Assembly: GCA_051294375.1 (NCBI GenBank)
Contig: CM119266.1
Location: 20,373,752 to 20,437,751 of the forward strand
DNA: 64,000 nucleotides
Direction: 5' to 3'
From: Paraspadella gotoi
Lineage: Eukaryota > Animalia > Chaetognatha
Both the position numbers and the translations under genes were made by a program. Numbering within the stretch: position 1 is the stretch's first letter; each line of letters starts with the position of its first letter. Below, piece by piece: positions 45,665-60,892 of the stretch. The notes under the pieces were generated by a model that saw nothing but the letters and a program-made list of their open reading frames with translations, made no database searches and had not been told where the DNA came from.

Positions 45665-48600
45665 CGTTACTTGGTTCGGTGGCGGTGGCTGACGCGAGGG
45701 TATCACGTGGGAAACTGGAAACGGAAAGAATAAAGCTTCGTTATGTAATGACTTATATAAAAATATCTTAAATAATTAAAATGTCAAATTTGAGCCCCTT
45801 TTTAGTTTAAAGCAACCACTGGACACAAGGGATAAACATATTCTCAAAAGAACAAAGAAAATAAAACCAGACAAGACTCGAGAGCAGATTACCTATCATT
45901 TCCCAAAATTTATCACAGAGCAACTTTAACGGGCCACTTGCGGTGTGGCTTCCCAATTCTTCGTACAAAACTTTCAAGGTTGTCCTTAGAGAATGCAGTT
46001 CGTCGATTTCGGTGAGTAAATGTGTTGCTTGGCTTTTTTCTTGGGTTCTTTGTTAAGTTGCATGCAAAAGTTCGAATGAAGGGAGGTTATCAACAACGAA
46101 GAAAATCTGTGAAAAAAAAAAAAATAGTTGACTAGCGAGTAGCGTCGTGAATTTTAAATTCGCCGGACCAGTAGTAACGGATAAGTCTAAAATTCAAAAT
46201 TCGCGAACTTTGATTCCCCAAGTTTCAATTTATTGATAAAGATTAAGGAGCGAAGTGAAGCGGAGCTGGAGCGAAGTGGAGTGGAGCGATCCTTACTTCA
46301 CTTAACTTCAGCCATTGTCAAATAAAGTCGCGATAAATAACAAAATCCCTGCGTTATCACTGGTCGAATTCTTAAGAATTCCAGCTTGTCATTGGTTCGA
46401 TCGCTTCAGTGTCGAAATGACGACGTTACTAGGGTGACCTTAAATGCCTTCAAATATTCGCAATCGCATTTTCGGTGAAGAGGAATTATAAATACAGTCT
46501 GAGACCGAGTCGGTTTTTTTCTAGTATGCACGTGCAGAGATTGTATTTTGAGTTGGATAAAATTACAACATTCTACCGAACAGAAAAATCAAAAAGAGAA
46601 AAAATAACGCCATAGTTTTCGTCTGTTTTCAGAAAATAAATTGCCTGTTGACGTTAGTTTCTTTTTTTAGATTTAGTTGAGAAGGTCATGAGACCACAGC
46701 TTATGACGAAATCATTTAGAAAAAATGTATGCGAATGAATAGCAGTATCTCAGAATGCCGCACCCACGACTCGCAGAGATCACTCCGATGAGTCTCACAC
46801 AAGATCGATCACGAATCAAAATTGCCTCGAATCTGAACTTCGAATAAATAAAGCGAAAGGGACTCAGCGGGAAAGGTGCCTCGGCCCAAATGACGTCACC
46901 CTTTATTCGACCTACCTCGAGCCCTTGAGCCTCGAGCCGAGCGTAGGAAATCTTAAAAGAGGCAGAGAACCCTTCGTCCCTCGACGACTTGTTTGGAAAT
47001 ACGAGAGCAAGAACATAATCACTTCCGTCCGCCCCTTGCCCCAGGGTTCCCAAGAAAGACGTCTCAACGTCGGCGATCGCGAATCGTAGGTCGAACCGAT
47101 GAGAATGCGTTATTCTTCCCAAACCGGCCTTTGAAAAGCCTCCCGCGGTTAAACTTAATGACGAAATCATAGTATTTCAATACATCGCGACAATATTGAG
47201 GAATTTCCTTCTTTGCCCGAGGCAATTTGTCGTCAGGTTAACTCCAACTGGGCCTCTCTTGTTTCTGTGAGACAGTAATTAAGCTAAGATTACCGATTAT
47301 GAATTAACGCCTAATTATCGATGGCGTATTTTAATATTCGGTTTAAAATGTTTCTTGTAAAACAAAATTCTTAGACTTAGTCGAAGAACGAGTTATTTTT
47401 CATTTAAACTCGTATTTTCAAAATTAGTTTGGAAAAAAAGTAAGGAAAGGGAGTAAATTCGAGTAAATTACGTCATTCTTTAAATTGTTAAATCGTTCCT
47501 TAATCCTTATTCTATTTCTACGACTTTTAATTTATAATTGCCGGGGGGCGTCATAGAACACCGCGGTCGTCGCAATTAGAGCGTTTACGTCGGTTTTTTG
47601 TATAAAGAAATCAGGCAAAAAATTAAAGTTTGGGGCTTTAATTATTTCGAAATTTGAAAAATAAGGCCTTAAATCCCTCTCTCTAATCATTAAAACAATC
47701 AATTATTAATAATAGAATATGCACTCTTAAAATTTTGCTAAACATGTGGGCCGTCGAAAACCTCTGAAAAATATTTTTGTTGGATAATAATGACTAGGAC
47801 AAAAAAGCATGAAGAATCCCCGAGCAACTTTGGCGCAGCCTGCAGAGTATTTTCGGCTCTCTATCTCTATCGCTTTCTTTCTTTTCCCTTTTCTTTATCG
47901 TCTTTCGCTTCCCACCTCCACCCTCCCGCTTCAGTCACACTCATCATTCCGGACTCTGAACGCGGAGACTGTTATGCTTCTAGTTTCTTAACGACGGCAT
48001 ACATCATCAGTTAAAAGGCGTTGAATCAAGGTTCTAAAAAAACACGCTTTGGGTCGTAGCTAGTCTCGGGATGGAAACGCCGGATGCCTTATAGACTATT
48101 AGAGCGGGCTTTCTTAGTAGAAGGAGACGAACGTAGCAAAGCGTAGCCTTGTCGGGTGACGTTAAGTTTGTCATTTAGCGCAACGAAAGAAGGATAAAAT
48201 TCAAGGGCGTTGGGTGACGGAAAAAAAAACGATGGCATCTGGTGGCAGAAACGGCATTTCCCTTTTCTTTTCTTTTCTTTTTTTCTTTGCTTCGGCGCTT
48301 TTTACTTCTTTCTCTTTTTCCGCGTCGTTTTCCAAGAGAAAGAGAGCAAGAGAGCGAAAAGAGAGGAAGAGATTAATGTAGAAAGTCGAGTTTAGAATCT
48401 TGATTGCGATTCGCGAAGGGAAGGAAAAATGAGTGTGTCGAAAGAGATTGCCATTTACTCGCGCGTTATTCTCAGTCGTAAACGGTTAGTTACTATTGGT
48501 CGCAATTAACGATGAAAGAGATTAAAACGTCCGACGGCGAAAAGAGTCGAGGAATGATATTAACGTTCTCGGTCGTTTCGCAAAGACGCCGTTGGGTATA

Positions 48601-49428
48601 TATATGAAGTTTCCTTGGCGGGCCGATGATGTTTTTCCCCAAAAGATGAGATCTATATATGCTTTAAGCCAATGGGGGCGAGGATAGCCCATAAAACGTT
48701 ATGCGCCTCGGAGGGTGACAAGCGTTTTATGAGGACAAAATTTACACGCGCGAACCAGACGTAAAGAAGAACGGGATGGAGAGATGAGCGAGTAAAAGAG
48801 TAAGAAAATCAAAGGAGAAAATCATCCGTTTTTTACTGTGATACTTTATGGTAAAGCCTTTTTAAAATACACATTGTAGCCTTCAGACTAATGAATTAAC
48901 ATAAAAAGTATATCACAAAAATTGTGAGGCTCTTTTTCCTATTTAGTTGTAAAAGATTAACCTTAAGGGATCATGGGGGAAAAAAATTCTTGTCCGAAAA
49001 AATCGATACAAAGGAGACCCGGATAAAACTCGATAGAAAAAGAGATTTTCTTTTCTCCTGCGGAATGTCAACCTCGTTTTCATCCGTCACTGCCTCATTT
49101 GGCCAATGACCATCCTTCACATGATGTTCCTATAGTTTTTAACGATTTAATTCCGCCTGTGTGTCATGAAAGTAGTAATAGAAACGAGTAACCAAATTTA
49201 TAGAATGGATGTTCCCTTTTTACAATTTTAATAAGTTGCTGGCTTAAATCTGTATTTTTTATTTTGAAAACTGAACCTATGGACTTTTTCTGGCAATCTT
49301 GAAGTTCAATAATTATGGACATCCTTGGTGAAATATTTTTAGCAAAGGCTACAAAACTAAAAGTATCTTGAAAAGATGCGCTTCTGTACGTCGTGCTTAG
49401 CATGAAAAATTTTCTCTGGCACGCGAGC

Positions 49429-49465
<37 letters not shown>

Positions 49466-49892
49466 GCGCCGTTCGAATTCCGGGCGCGTCGATTTTTCCA
49501 TTGGCGATTATCGTATCACGAGATAATTTGCCGGACAATTTTTCCTATTGACCGGAAGGGGAAAAAGGGGGTGGAGCAGAAGGGAAAACGTTAAAGTCTC
49601 GCCCAATGAGGAGCCGGGGAGATGGGGTTCTAGGGGCTAGGGGGCGTGGGAGTGAATTGTTCCTAGAAGCGGGAACCGATTCTAGCCCCAACCCGAGTTT
49701 CTAAAGCCTCGTTTAAAAAAAATCGTGATAAATAGAGTTTTGATTACCGTTGGAAAGTCGTTCTTCAGTTCGCCCGGTGGGTTGAAGGCGTTTATATATG
49801 GTCGGGAGTTTATATAGACCCAATGAAACGAAAGAGAAGAGAAAGCGTGGAGCTGAGAATGGGATTCAGGGAGAAAATGGAAAGGGAGAGGC

Positions 49893-49973
<81 letters not shown>

Positions 49974-50568
49974 ACGAGTGGGAAACATGATTTATTGTTG
50001 GAAAGAGCTATCTCTCTAATACGTGGCTTTGTTGTCGCCCCAGCTGGGATGGCGGGGGCTTGGTAGGGAAAGGCTGGTGACGACGGGACTCGGTAGACTC
50101 GAAAGTGAATTAAAGCGAGTGACTAGTTGGGTGGTGGCCGGTGGCCCGCAAGAGTTGTCTCGGCTTTAGGGAGCCACATTCGCCTCGTGGGCTCCTCGAT
50201 TCGAAGAAAGGAAAATGGTGGGTTTCCGCCTCGTCGTCTGGAACCGAGGCTTAACTTGGAATTATTAGAAGGAAAAAAAAATAGAGGCTTTAGCTTCGTA
50301 GTTGTGTAGATATTGAGGAATTGAGGACTCAGTTTAAGGGAAGTTATAGAAATTTAAATCGTAATCACGATTCACTAATTATACTATATCTATTTTTGTT
50401 TAAAACCGGGGTCGCCGAGCCGGACCGAAAGGGGGACTGGGTCGTTAACAAAATATTATGTTGAACTCGATCCTCAAAAAAGCCCGTCATGCGTTATTAT
50501 TATCGTTGGAGGAGAAGTCGGACATACGACTGGTTTTGCTCCTATGAGGTCAAGCTCGGAAAAGAAGG

Positions 50569-50620
<52 letters not shown>

Positions 50621-51558
50621 AGAGATAGTGTTGTGAGGTGGCGGTTTGGGGGGGGAAGATGTTGTGAATTGAAGCGAGGCTCGATTGTGAACAAGAATAT
50701 TTTTGAGTTCGGGTTGGGAAAGCTAGTGATGGTAATCTTGAATGTAAATTGCTTTAAGATGAACTTTGTTTTACCTTCATCGTTAAGTATATAAGTTTAT
50801 CTCATTAAGATAATTTTTTTGTAAAAAAAAAAAACACACTTGGCGCTTACGTTTTAGCCTTAGATAAATCATCGTATTACGATTTCATCTATTCATGAAT
50901 TAATTTATCCATTTCGGATAGGCAGATAGACATTAGACAATAGACAATGAACAAGAGACAGATTGAAAAGTGTGCGGAGGAACAAGGAGTATAAAGATTT
51001 GCTGCGGGGGGGGGGAGAGAGGACGCCTGAACTGGGTTGAGGGTGGAAGCGGTGAAAGGGGTCCAGACATGAGGAGGAACGATTGTCTCTCGGGGAATGA
51101 AACACTTTAGACATGAACGAGTTCGAAGCGAAAAAAAACGTGGGCGCGACGGGACGTCGAAATTTTTTGGCTAGGACGAGTTGGATTAATAAACGTTAAT
51201 CGTTAGATTTTAAAGATTAATATTTCCGGCGATTAAACTGTAAAGAATGGAACGAAATCCGAAAATTCTCCTCGTTGAATCGATATTGTAGTGAAAACCG
51301 CGGATTAAACGTTTTTCATGAGATCCTCTAAACTAATGGAGGGAAAATGTTGTTTGGAAGATCGGGAATGAAAAGGAAGATCAGAAAAAATCGACGGAGA
51401 AAAAACCAAGACGACGACGACGACGACAGGACGGAGATGACTCGAAATGACGTTGGCACTTTGGAGCGTCGATTAAGCGTCCATTTGTGTGGGCGACTCT
51501 TAAGGAGGTGACTGCCGCGGTCGAGGACGGAGGACCTTGTTCGTGGAGCGAGGGGGTT

Positions 51559-51591
<33 letters not shown>

Positions 51592-51604
51592 TGAGGAGGA
51601 GCGA

Positions 51605-51650
<46 letters not shown>

Positions 51651-51945
51651 GTGAGAGAGAGAGAGAGAGAGGCAGATTGGTTTGGCAGCCATAAGAGAAG
51701 GTTACCACAGTCAGAATAGGAATGGTAGATAAGGCAGAAAAGGAGAGGAAGTTTCACAGTCAAAATGAGATAAGATAAGTCAGATAAAGCTAATTAATGG
51801 CTTCTGCTTCAGCGTTGTTCAATTAACGGTATTATTTTTTTTTTTTTTACTTTTCTTTCTTTTTATATTTTATTTTTGTGTATCAATTTAGAGGCGAGAT
51901 TGTCATGTCACGCCAGAGCCCCTGATCGCGGGGGCGGAAATGATG

Positions 51946-51997
<52 letters not shown>

Positions 51998-52697
51998 GCT
52001 CTCTCACTTTCTTTTTAAAAGCGTCTCCCGAGAATGAGGTTGACATTAAACGCGGGCGGTCGACGCAAACTCGCGAGTCGAACTCTTTTTGTCCATCGCC
52101 GAAAAAAGGGAAAAAAAAGGAACGAAAAGAGGTTAATTTTTGTTGAGTTTTGACCAAAGATGTTTGAGGTATGTATTTTAATTATGGAAATTGTTTTAGA
52201 AATTAAGCGGAATGCTTAATATTGAATATAAATTATCGAGCAATTTGCTTTTAAAATAAATAATCTTAATTTAATCCGGGATTTTCATTCAAAGCCTCTC
52301 CGGATCAATTTACTTTTCTTTCTTTCACTTTTTTTTAACTGTAGTTGACGCATATAAAATTATGTAAATTGCGGAGAAAATAATATTTGAAAAAAAAAAT
52401 ATCAGATTTCAGACGTAGTAGTCGAGGAAATTGTTAATTTTCAGCGTTAACATTCTATTAAGTAGCACTCAAGATTTTCAATTTTATGTTTATTTTTCCT
52501 TTTGTTTATTTTTCGTTTGTTTTATTTTTCCGTTGTTGTTCTGATTTCGATTTCCCTCCTCGTGTCGTCGAATGCTCGGACGAGATTTCGTCTACGAGTT
52601 TCACCGTCGCACCAGGGTCATCGCGAGGAGGGAGGAGCTGGCAATAGCGAACAGCGGGGGGTTAAGAGAGGAGAGAGTACAGAGAGAGGAGAGAGAG

Positions 52698-52746
<49 letters not shown>

Positions 52747-52850
52747 TTGAAGAGAGAGAGAGAGAGAGAGAGATTTGAGAATCGTGAAGAGCTCGACGGG
52801 GATTTTTGGAGGTAGAAACCTCGAGTGTAAGAAGTCACACACACAAAAAG

Positions 52851-52884
<34 letters not shown>

Positions 52885-54006
52885 AGATCAAGCAGACGTA
52901 GCGACGAGTTTTTGTTGAGGATCGACGTCGATGTTGACGAATTCGGTCGTCGGTTCTGAAAAAAAAGAGAAAAGAAAACATGTTTAAAAAGACAGCTCTG
53001 AGTAATCTGATATTAAAATTAAAAACATTAAAGTCTCAGTATTTCAATCTTAAACGCTCGGGGTCAGGCAGCGACGACGACGACGAAGACGACGACTCGG
53101 GTACAACAAAGACCGCAACGTCGGTAAAATTCGTGTCTGGAAGATGACTACTCTCTCGAGAAAAAGTTAACCCTCNNNNNNNNNNNNNNNNNNNNNNNNN
53201 NNNNNNNNNNNNNNNNNNNNNNNNNNNNNNNNNNNNNNNNNNNNNNNNNNNNNNNNNNNNNNNNNNNNNNNNNNNNNNNNNNNNNNNNNNNNNNNNNNNN
53301 NNNNNNNNNNNNNNNNNNNNNNNNNNNNNNNNNNNNNNNNNNNNNNNNNNNNNNNNNNNNNNNNNNNNNNNNNNNNNNNNNNNNNNNNNNNNNNNNNNNN
53401 NNNNNNNNNNTCTCTCTCTCTCTCTCTTTTCGCTGACTTCTTCAATATTGAAAAGAAAGACGAGAGAATGTCGGAATTCCAGAAAAAATATCGACGATAT
53501 AAAAAAAAAANNNNNNNNNNNNNNNNNNNNNNNNNNNNNNNNNNNNNNNNNNNNNNNNNNNNNNNNNNNNNNNNNNNNNNNNNNNNNNNNNNNNNNNNNN
53601 NNNNNNNNNNNNNNNNNNNNNNNNNNNNNNNNNNNNNNNNNNNNNNNNNNNNNNNNNNNNNNNNNNNNNNNNNNNNNNNNNNNNNNNNNNNNNNNNNNNN
53701 NNNNNNNNNNNNNNNNNNNNNNNNNNNNNNNNNNNNNNNNNNNTTTACAGAATTAATTTAATTGATTTCGGTACAATTCTTTCAAAATCTTTAAAGATAT
53801 GGTTTCAAAATGTCGTCAGTTTTATCGTCCTCCGTCGTCATCGTCGTCGTCGTCGTCTTCGTCTTCATCGTCGTCGTCTTCATCGTCGTCGTCTTCGTCG
53901 TCGTCGTCATCATTAAATCCCATCCAAATTTACGGGTCCTTAAAGGCGGCGGAAAAGCGTTCGAAGAGGCGTGACGACTGGCAAAGTCCCAAGCACAAAC
54001 GTCTTT

Positions 54007-54042
<36 letters not shown>

Positions 54043-55354
54043 TTCCCCTTCGGCGGTGTTACGGAGGTCCCAGGTTCGAGGGCGGGTCTTCTCACCAGAA
54101 TTAAAATTAAAACTTCAAAACTTCTTGAGTCATAATAATAAAAAATGGAAAAAGGAGTGGAGACTAAAAAGTCGTCAAATGTTCGCAAACAACAACAACG
54201 TTGAAAAGCGCGACAACAACAACTCTCTTCCTTCCGTGAAACAAAAGGCGCGGACTAATGAGAGAAAGAAGCGGCGACGGAGATGAATAGAATTAGAAGA
54301 GCAAACGAAAAATCGAAAAAGAAAGAGCAAAGAAAAGAAAGAAGAACCAATCGAATTTTTAGAAAAAAGAAAAAAACGAAAAAAAAACCCGAAAAAAACT
54401 TTTAAAAACGAAAAAGGAAATTGACGAGAACGAAAAANNNNNNNNNNNNNNNNNNNNNNNNNNNNNNNNNNNNNNNNNNNNNNNNNNNNNNNNNNNNNNN
54501 NNNNNNNNNNNNNNNNNNNNNNNNNNNNNNNNNNNNNNNNNNNNNNNNNNNNNNNNNNNNNNNNNNNNNNNNNNNNNNNNNNNNNNNNNNNNNNNNNNNN
54601 NNNNNNNNNNNNNNNNNNTCTCTCTCTTATCGAGTTTTATCGTCGTCATTCAAAGTCGTAAATGTCACCGGGACATTTCGGAGATATCCTGGCCCGAATC
54701 GGTAATCGTCCAAACCTCAAGTTTTTGTGTCACAAACTCGTTAAACGCTTCGTCGCCAGGGAGCACTGGTATCGAGTTTGTCGTCGTCGTCGACGTCGTC
54801 ATCGTCGTCGTACGAGCAATCTTCGCCTCGGTCTCGGCTGATGAGATCGAAGATGCGTTAGGCGTTGCTTTGTTGTCTTCCCCAGCTCCCCGGCAAGGTA
54901 ATCAAAAGCTATTGAAGTCCCGCAAATGAGAACAAGAAGCAATTCTGTGGAAGTCGTTTGCGCTATTGACTCTCTCTCTCTCTCTCNNNNNNNNNNNNNN
55001 NNNNNNNNNNNNNNNNNNNNNNNNNNNNNNNNNNNNNNNNNNNNNNNNNNNNNNNNNNNNNNNNNNNNNNNNNNNNNNNNNNNNNNNNNNNNNNNNNNNN
55101 NNNNNNNNNNNNNNNNNNNNNNNNNNNNNNNNNNNNNNNNNNNNNNNNNNNNNNNNNNNNNNNNNCGTTATTTTCCTCCCACCATTTTTTCCCTCCTCTT
55201 TTTCTTTTCCTTTTATTCTCATGTCCATTTTCCTCTTTTCTCCTCTAGGGTCATTTCTGCCGTCGCAGTTACATTTATTGTCTCTTGTTTCCTTTCATTA
55301 TTTCTTCATTCAACGACCGTAAATGAGAGAGTTTTTCCCTTGGTCCAACGACGC

Positions 55355-55420
<66 letters not shown>

Positions 55421-57167
55421 GTCCGGCACTGACCGTCTCCAAAGAAAAGAGGATCTCTTGATCATCTCATCCTCTTTGCGCTGAGCGTCGGTCGGTCGAT
55501 CGCTGAAAGGCGGCGGGAATAGGAAGATAAAGGGGAACGATATAAAAAGAGAGAGCGAGAGCGAGAATGGGAATTGAGAGAGAGAGAGAGAGGGAGAGAA
55601 AGAAAGGGAGGAGGAGCTTTAAACGGTCAGCGTTCTTTGGATTCTTGGATGCCTTTTCNNNNNNNNNNNNNNNNNNNNNNNNNNNNNNNNNNNNNNNNNN
55701 NNNNNNNNNNNNNNNNNNNNNNNNNNNNNNNNNNNNNNNNNNNNNNNNNNNNNNNNNNNNNNNNNNNNNNNNNNNNNNNNNNNNNNNNNNNNNNNNNNNN
55801 NNNNNNNNNNNCTACTAAATGGTCGAGCGTCGTGCGTCGAATTTCTTCCGCCTTTTCCGTGCGCGCGTGCGCGATGTCGGATGCGCGCGCCCTTTTCTTT
55901 TTTGTTCTCGCGCGTGTAAAACGCACGTAGATAGAGATATTGACGATCNNNNNNNNNNNNNNNNNNNNNNNNNNNNNNNNNNNNNNNNNNNNNNNNNNNN
56001 NNNNNNNNNNNNNNNNNNNNNNNNNNNNNNNNNNNNNNNNNNNNNNNNNNNNNNNNNNNNNNNNNNNNNNNNNNNNNNNNNNNNNNNNNNNNNNNNNNNN
56101 NNNNNNNNNNNNNNNNNNNNNNNNNNNNNNNNNNNNNNNNNNNNNNNNNNNNNNNNNNNNNNNNNNNNNNNNNNNNNNNNNNNNNNNNNNNNNNNNNNNN
56201 NNNNNNNNNNNNNNNNNNNNNNNNNNNNNNNNNNNNNNNNNNNNNNNNNNNNNNNNNNNNNNNNNNNNNNNNNNNNNNNNNNNNNNNNNNNNNNNNNNNN
56301 NNNNNNNNNNNNNNNNNNNNNNNNNNNNNNNNNNNNNNNNNNNNNNNNNNNNNNNNNNNNNNNNNNNNNNNNNNNNNNNGAAATGCAACAGAAAAATCCC
56401 CGGCTTTGAGGGAGGGGAAGGGAGAGGGCGGGAGAGAAATCCGACTTTTGAATCGAAAATGATAAACGTCGCCGTCGGAACTCTGGGGGTTTTTTCCCCT
56501 TTTTTTTTTTGCATGAAACTCGATTCAAAATTCCGATTTCGAACGGGACGACCGCAACAACACAGATCAACACGGGAGGACCGCAACAACACGGATTCGG
56601 AACAACATAAACATCCGAGAGGACGACAACGAAAAAAAAACCCGAATGAAAGGAAAAAGTATCTGATACGCGAGACAAACTCAGACATCCGCTTATATCT
56701 ATGAAATTGGTACAACCAATATAAAAATTATCCATTCTATTTAATTTCAAACCTAATTTAAAATCGAGCCTTTGTCTTCGACCGTAATTATGTTTTCTAA
56801 CTCACCTCGTCTTCATCAGAGATTTATCGTCCCTTCCCGCTTTCAAATTTCATTATATTTACCCTCTCCTCCTCCTCTCCTTCCTCCCTTTCCTCCGGCT
56901 TTTCCCCGTCGATTTTCCACTCCTTTTCTCCTTCTTTTTTTTTCTTTCCTCCAGATTCTTTTCGTCTTCGTAGTTCGTGCATTAGAATTCACAGCCCATA
57001 ATTTTCTTCCTGTTTATCTTCCTCCTTTTCGGCGAGAAAAAAAGAGAAAATGTAAGCAGGCAAAATAAAGAAAGAAAGAAAAAAAGAGGAAGGGGTAAAA
57101 AAAAAAGAAAGAAAAAGGACAGAGAAAAAATAATAAAATATGTGGGGGGATAGCAGAAGAATACGAA

Positions 57168-57278
57168 GACGACGCCGACGCCGCAGCCGCAGCCGCCGCC
57201 GCCGCCGCAGCCGCCGCCGCAGCCGCCGCCGCAGCCGCCGCAACCGCAGCCGACGCCTCAGCCGCAGCCGACGCCGCC
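57168..57278. repeat. (GCC/GCA)n trinucleotide repeat
   Basis: CGCCGCAGCCGC-type array; explains the poly-Ala and poly-Arg ORFs in the track. Confidence 0.9.
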
Positions 57279-58246
57279 TCTTTTTCACCCGGCGATTTTC
57301 TTTTCATAGATATCCTACTCTCTTCCCCTCAAAGCCCCTTTTTTTCTTTCTCGATGAAAATTCAAATTTGAATTTTTTAAACGTTTTTTAAAATTTTTTT
57401 TGTTGCCTCTCCAATTCAGGGTTTTCGAATAAAATAAGGGGAGAAACTCTAATTACCTTAATTATGTCGGAAATTCCATCTTTTTTTCGGATTTATTGTT
57501 TGGTTTTCGTCCCACGTTCTCAAATGTCAGAGAAATTGCTTCTCCCGTCATCTCAGTCGCCTTAATCCATTCTCGCCCGAGGAAATACTTCTCAGTTGTG
57601 TTCTAAAACATCAGTTCTCATGAACTGACTCAAAAACAGTCGAGCCTGCTTGAAAGCAGTAGGTCAAGTAAGTGGAGACCAATTTTCTTGTTGAAAACAA
57701 CATTCAAGGTTCTGCCACAAGATGTCGATCGCGGTTAAAAAAAAAACCAACTAGAGAACTAAAGAACAAAAAGTCCTGAGCTCAGTCTCCCAGCGGACGG
57801 GCAAATGACCCACACTGACCTACAAATTAGACTCGGGACGAACCAAATAAGCAAAGGAAGACCGCTCAGGGATCCCTCGACCCAAGAGAGCCAAAGAATC
57901 CTGGTCAAACTCAAAGCAGCTCGTCCGAGATGTCTTGTTAATTTCGATAACGAACGAAACCCTGACCTGGTAACTAAACCTCCGGTCCGGCTACGAAGGT
58001 GAGTCTCAATGCAAAAAAAATCAAAAAGAATGAGGTAAGTTTCGCTGTACTTTCCCTTTTTTTTCTCCTTTTCCTATGCCAGCGGCTTCCTTCCTTTCAT
58101 CTCTTCTTTCCTCGCTTCATTTCTTCATTCCTTTCCTCCCTTCAACCTTTTCCCATAACCGTGAGTGTCAGTTCCGGGGATTGCTGTCGGGAAATGTGCA
58201 GCATCCTAATAGAATTAGGAAAATTTCTTTCTTTTCTTACTATTTC

Positions 58247-58313
<67 letters not shown>

Positions 58314-60674
58314 AAGTTTTTGAATTCTTTTCTTTTTTTCTGTTTTTTTTTCTAGATTTGAACACTTTATTCTTTTGTTTTATATAGTTATATAAATTAT
58401 ATTTCATAGACATCACAGATCCTTTCGAAAATGACATCCGACGACTCTCACCTAAATTTAAAAAAAAACATTTCAAATTCTCGTTTGAGAATCAAACGAT
58501 CTGCGAAAGCCATTTCCTTTCCCCGCCTTTACCCTTTTGGCGTCTCGCCGCCAGGAATGTCAAACTGCCACTTCGTCGCCAACTCGCCGCCAAGCGACNN
58601 NNNNNNNNNNNNNNNNNNNNNNNNNNNNNNNNNNNNNNNNNNNNNNNNNNNNNNNNNNNNNNNNNNNNNNNNNNNNNNNNNNNNNNNNNNNNNNNNNNNN
58701 NNNNNNNNNNNNNNNNNNNNNNNNNNNNNNNNNNNNNNNNNNNNNNNNNNNNNNNNNNNNNNNNNNNNNNNNNNNNNNNNNNNNNNNNNNNNNNNNNNNN
58801 NNNNNNNNNNNNNNNNNNNNNNNNNNNNNNNNNNNNNNNNNNNNNNNNNNNNNNNNNNNNNNNNNNNNNNNNNNNNNNNNNNNNNNNNNNNNNNNNNNNN
58901 NNNNNNNNNNNNNNNNNNNNNNNNNNNNNNNNAAAAAAAAAGTAGTTTCGAGATACCTTAGCTTAGTTTTAAAAATAAAGAAAAGAAGACGAAAGAAATT
59001 TTTTTAAAGAGAAACTTGGTGAGAGACAGAGAGACAGAAAAAAAAAGACAAAGAAAAAAAAAAACAGAAGACGAAGTCGGACAGAGAGTGAGAGTTCGTG
59101 TGATTGTAACCGCGGGAAAAAAGATCGGGAGAGACGCGCTTCGTTTTTTTCCCGCCATTCCACAGATCTCCTAGAGACACAATTTCCAGTTAGCCATTTT
59201 TTTTTCCCCGTTCTCCCATTTTTCTTTTTTTTTCTTTCATCCGATGTTTTTTTTTTTGCGGGGGGCGGAAGAGAGCGCGTTTGCGGGGATTCGGGAGAAA
59301 ACGAGGTGTCTCCACTGTCATTTCCGTTGATTGTTTTCGTTGCTGTTGCCTTAGCAACGGAAAGGACGCCTCCCGTCTCCATTTATGTTGATTATTTTCG
59401 CACGTTGTTTCCTTAACTACGACATTTCCGAGGGAAAGAGTTTCTTCGAGTGTCGACATTGGGTTTGGCGTTGTCTCTGCCGGGCGGACACTTTCGTCTT
59501 TCCAGTTGTTCCTCTGGGTTCGATTATCTTTTATTTCTTTTCTTCTTTATCTATTCTCTTTCATCTTTTTCTCTGTTTCTTTTTTTAGCTTTTCGAACTG
59601 CGTTGTTTTCTGGTGATTCTGTTTTGTTAACGTTTGTTTTTATTTCTCGTTTTCACATCGGTGACATTGCTTTCGTTAGACTTCATAGGTCGTTTGTTAT
59701 AGGTTCCAAGCGAATTATATTTTGCAATGAAGATTGATATAAATAAGCAAGTTAGTTGAATTCTTAAGAAACGTCATAACGTATTTTCTTACATTTTCGT
59801 GTCATCTAGATGAAACCGACCATACCTTATCAGTCTCTCTCTCTCTCTCTCTCTCTCTCTNNNNNNNNNNNNNNNNNNNNNNNNNNNNNNNNNNNNNNNN
59901 NNNNNNNNNNNNNNNNNNNNNNNNNNNNNNNNNNNNNNNNNNNNNNNNNNNNNNNNNNNNNNNNNNNNNNNNNNNNNNNNNNNNNNNNNNNNNNNNNNNN
60001 NNNNNNNNNNNNNNCCCTATCTCCCTCTCTCCCGAGAACCGAAATCTAATTTGTCATTCGGATTCTCTGCTCACAAGCCGAGACTCAGGTGCGAGGATCC
60101 AACACAAATGTTTAAATGTTTAAAAATGGCGGACCCTTTGTTTGCTTTTTTTTTCACTCAACTTTCTTTTTGTGGTCCCGTGTGTTTTTAAATTTTTTTT
60201 TTTATCAAAGCGAAAATAAAAAAAACTTCCATTGTTCATAATATTTAGCGGAGCGGAAAATTCTCATCGAAGAATCTAAAGTTTCATTAATTTAATTTAT
60301 TCTCCATGTCGATAGAGAATTATCGGAATATATTTAAAAATCCATAGTTTCGTTTAATTCGAAGAACGAGATTAAAACTGGCGAGTCGTTCTGTTTTGAT
60401 ATGTGGCTAATTAAGTTTAACTGTCTCTCTCTCTATCCGTCGAAGAGAGAATTAGCTCATTTCTCATGTAAAGAGAGAAATAAAAAAAAAGAAGAAGAAA
60501 TCGAATCGATGAATAATCTTTTTCCGATTTTCCCGCCAGACGCCGCAGATTATATCGAACGAAGGACCGAAAAACAAAATAAACGACGGTAATTGGATCC
60601 GAGCCAAAAACACAGGCTGCCTTCTCCTTCCACCGAAACCCCACATAGACTCGAAAGGCTCATCGCAGGTTTCT

Positions 60675-60892
60675 CGATCTCTCAACCTCGATCCTTTGAT
60701 CGCTCGATCCCTAGATCCCTCGATCATTAGATCTTTTGTTCCCTCGATCCTTCGATACCTCAATCATTGATCCCTCGATCTCTAGGTCTTTGAATCCCTC
60801 GATCCACTCGATCAGTTGATCCCTCGATATACTTAATCTTTCATTCCCTCGATCCTTCGATCTCTAGGTCTTTTGATCCCTCGATCCCTCGC
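60675..60892. repeat. Degenerate (GATCCCTC)n minisatellite
   Basis: More than 15 variants of GATCCCTC/GATCTCT/GATCCTT in tandem. Confidence 0.85.

Noticed and set aside
46130-46435. Weak nested inverted repeats around a GGAGCGAAGTG repeat
   Set aside because: Too degenerate to define termini by eye.
54650-54900. Possible + strand exons between gaps
   Set aside because: The frame is ambiguous because of (GTC)n, N gaps flank it, and no homology is recognised.
57636-57998. Exon-like ORF (..MTHTDLQIRLGTNQISKGRPLRD..) ending in GTGAGT
   Set aside because: No recognisable domain, and neighbouring exons would fall in gaps.
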